Positions 61,673-64,000 of a stretch of DNA of 64,000 nucleotides are shown piece by piece. The notes under the pieces are model-generated. The model made no database searches. It was not told where the DNA came from and saw only the letters and a list, made by a program, of their open reading frames with translations. A program made the position numbers and the translations under genes. The DNA is from Gemmatimonadales bacterium (GTDB lineage Bacteria > Gemmatimonadota > Gemmatimonadetes > Gemmatimonadales > GWC2-71-9), in the NCBI GenBank assembly GCA_041613315.1, contig JBFJHJ010000011.1, forward strand, positions 10,531-74,530. Direction: 5' to 3'. Within the stretch, counting starts at the first letter, position 1, and the number at the start of each line of letters is the position of its first letter.

Positions 61673-62134
61673 TTACCGGGCCGCGATCTGCCCGCGGATC
61701 TCCCCGCCCGGGTTCGCCTGCGTATGCACGTTCACGTACACGCCCCCGGTCCGCATCTTGTCCACCAACTGCTGGAACGACATCCCACTCACATTCGTGC
61801 CACCTGTCAGCGTGCCCGCCGCGAGCGTCCCGCTCGTGCCACTGAAACCGGACACGTCGAACGTCACGGCGACGGGCCCGTTCGCACCCGCCGCACCATC
61901 ATGGATGTGCGACGCGGTCACGTTCTGAATGTTCGAGACCGTGACGACGTACGCCACCGTGCCGTCCTGCATCAGCGTGAACGTCGCCGTACCGGAGGCA
62001 CTCGTCGTCACCGCCGGGACCTCGTTGGCGCCGCCGAGGGTGGCAACGAATACCTCCTCGTCGTCACCGCACGCCGCGCCGACGAGCCCGAGCCCGAGTA
62101 GGGCCACTGCCGACCATACATGTGTCACTCGCAT
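61673..62134 (-). CDS. CHRD-domain lipoprotein
   Basis: Lipobox GAAC, LGGANEVP, ASHIH.G, YVNVHT..NPGGEIRGQI; GGAGG RBS. Confidence 0.92.
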   Translation of the reverse strand: MRVTHVWSAVALLGLGLVGAACGDDEEVFVATLGGANEVPAVTTSASGTATFTLMQDGTVAYVVTVSNIQNVTASHIHDGAAGANGPVAVTFDVSGFSGTSGTLAAGTLTGGTNVSGMSFQQLVDKMRTGGVYVNVHTQANPGGEIRGQIAAR

Positions 62135-62309
62135 CGCTCCGACCTCCCTCTTGTGGTGAAGAACGTGCGACCGCCGGGCGCACCAGCGATCGCGGCTCCC
62201 TCCTGAGGAGCCGGCGCTGTCCATGTTGCGCACTCACAAGATACGAAGTTGCGCGAGGCGTATGGGATGGGAGTTCGAGCGTAGACCTACCGCCCGGCAC
62301 GACGGTGTG

Positions 62310-63749
62310 TCAGAACGAGGCGGCGAAGCGCGTTCCCAGTGCCTCGATCTGTTCCAGCACCGCCTCGCGAGCGGATCCACCGGTCGTTTGGCGACGCTCC
62401 ACCGACGTTTCCCAGTCGCCCAGCGTGGCCAGGAGGCCGGGCAGCTCGGGATGGACCTCGGCGGCCTGGGCCGGAGGCACTGCGGTTACGACGACACCAA
62501 GGGATTCGGCGAGGCGGACGAGGCGGCCGACGTGGCCGTGCGCTTCCCGGAACGGCACGCCGGCGTGAACCAGCCCGTCGGCGAGATCCGTCGCGAGGAG
62601 CGCGGGATCGAGCGCCGCCGCCATCCGCTCCGGCACCGGCGCCATCGTCTCGACGGCACCGCGCAGCGCCGGGAGCGTGAGGAGCACGGTGTCCACGGCA
62701 TCGAACAGGAACGCCTTGTCGTCCTGGAGATCCTTGCTGTAGCCCGCCGGGAGCCCCTTCAACAACGCGAACATCCCCGCGAGGCTCGCGGTGACGCGAG
62801 GCGCCTTGGCACGTGCCAGCTCGAGGACGTCGGGGTTGCGCTTCTGCGGCAGCAGGCTGGACCCCGTGCAGTAGGCGTCGGCCAGCCGCACGAACCCGTA
62901 CTCGGTCGACGCGTACGTGATGAGCTCACCGGCGAGCCGCGACACGTGCGTGGCGACGAGTCCCAATAGAAACAGCATATCGGCGACGAAATCCCGGTCG
63001 CCCGTCACGTCCAGGGCGTTGGGGGACAGCCGGCGGAAGCCGAGCGACTCTTTGAGGAACACGCGGTCCACGCCGATGCCGGAGCCGGCCAGCGCTCCGG
63101 AGCCGAGCGGCAGGTCGGCCACGCGGTCGATCACGCCGGTGAGCCGGTCCCGATCGCGCGCCACGGGCCAGGCGTGGGCCAGGAGGACGTACGCCCAACG
63201 CACCGGTTGCGCGCGCTGCCCGTGCGTGTAGCCGGGCAACAGCAGCTCAATCCCGCCGCGCGCCTGGTCCACGAGCGCCATGCCCAGCGCCGCGAGCTCA
63301 CGGTCGAGCGTTTCCAGCGCCTCGAGACACCACAACCGCAGGTCGGTCACCACCTGATCGTTGCGCGACCGGCCCGTGTTGAGCTTTCCCGCGAGGGGCC
63401 CGACTTCGTCGTACAGCAGACGCTCCACGAGCGTGTGCACGTCCTCATCCGGTGCCCCCACCGCGGCCCCGTCGGCGAGCCGTTCCGCCACGCGGTCCAG
63501 CCCGTCCAGCAGCCGGGCATCCTCGTCCGGCGTGAGCACCCCGGCCAGTCCGAGCGCCATCACCCAGGCCCGCGCCACCTTCACATCCTGCGGCCAGAGC
63601 CGTCGGTCGACGGGCAGGCTCCGATTGAGCTCGAGGAGGGCGGCGCTGGGGTCGCCCGCGAACCGCCCGCCCCACATCTGGTGCAGGGTCGCGCTCTCAG
63701 CGGGCACAGCGGTGTCGTCCGTTACGCGCGCGGTCTTACGCGGCTTCAC
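62310..63749 (-). CDS. argH: Argininosuccinate lyase
   Basis: MWGGRF, EDVHT, TGRSRNDQV, PGYTH, TGSSLLPQKRNPD. Confidence 0.97.
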   Translation of the reverse strand: MKPRKTARVTDDTAVPAESATLHQMWGGRFAGDPSAALLELNRSLPVDRRLWPQDVKVARAWVMALGLAGVLTPDEDARLLDGLDRVAERLADGAAVGAPDEDVHTLVERLLYDEVGPLAGKLNTGRSRNDQVVTDLRLWCLEALETLDRELAALGMALVDQARGGIELLLPGYTHGQRAQPVRWAYVLLAHAWPVARDRDRLTGVIDRVADLPLGSGALAGSGIGVDRVFLKESLGFRRLSPNALDVTGDRDFVADMLFLLGLVATHVSRLAGELITYASTEYGFVRLADAYCTGSSLLPQKRNPDVLELARAKAPRVTASLAGMFALLKGLPAGYSKDLQDDKAFLFDAVDTVLLTLPALRGAVETMAPVPERMAAALDPALLATDLADGLVHAGVPFREAHGHVGRLVRLAESLGVVVTAVPPAQAAEVHPELPGLLATLGDWETSVERRQTTGGSAREAVLEQIEALGTRFAASF

Positions 63750-64000
63750 GCCTGCTCCTCGACCGGCGTCGCCGAGTGCCGAGCCGCCACCTCCGCCCCC
63801 ACGCGGATCGGGAGCCCGAACAGCCGGATGAAGCCCGCGGCATCCGCCTGGTCGTACACGTCGTCGGCGCCGAAGGTGGCGTACCCGTCGGCGTAGAGTG
63901 AGAAGGGGCTGCGGCGGGAGAGGACCGTGGCGGTACCCTTGAACAGCCGCACGCGCACCGTCCCCGTCACGGCGCGCTGCGTGACCGCCACCAGGGCGTC
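63746..64000 (-). CDS. argG: Argininosuccinate synthase, C-terminal part (5' end outside the window)
   Basis: VTGTVRVRLFKG…RRSPFSLY…YDQADAAGFIRLFGL; the stop overlaps the argH start. Confidence 0.93.
   Translation of the reverse strand, partial: DALVAVTQRAVTGTVRVRLFKGTATVLSRRSPFSLYADGYATFGADDVYDQADAAGFIRLFGLPIRVGAEVAARHSATPVEEQA

Overview
This is a GC-rich bacterial chromosomal window, mostly core genome. The gene repertoire and protein style suggest Gemmatimonadota or a related FCB-group lineage (inference). Housekeeping blocks include dnaE-accA-PSP1(ricT)-metG, waaA, an F1-only ATP synthase cluster (atpAGDC), MlaEFD, a short sigma-70 factor, seven tRNA genes, rho-ruvX-mltG, thiE, aroH-rlmI, sdpR-sdpI, a TldD/TldE pair, tdh-kbl and argGH. 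Many outer-membrane and lipoprotein genes lie between them. I found no integrase, transposase or CRISPR array. The most notable observations are: (1) a signal-peptide-bearing JAB/JAMM-motif protein among tRNA genes, with a sigma-54-like promoter and an IHF-like site; (2) a 39-aa Arg/Lys/Ala microprotein with a strong RBS that the ORF track misses; (3) a NYN-LOTUS RNase with a long RGG-rich disordered tail, closely coupled to an alkylpurine glycosylase and an acyl-CoA ligase; (4) a stand-alone 63-aa HisKA protein; (5) a Rex/CRP-type palindrome in the atpA promoter; (6) a recurrent 25-bp TAA-N19-TTA palindrome in intergenic DNA; and (7) a Tat-signal TldD with a signal-less partner. All calls come from reading motifs by eye; no database search was run.
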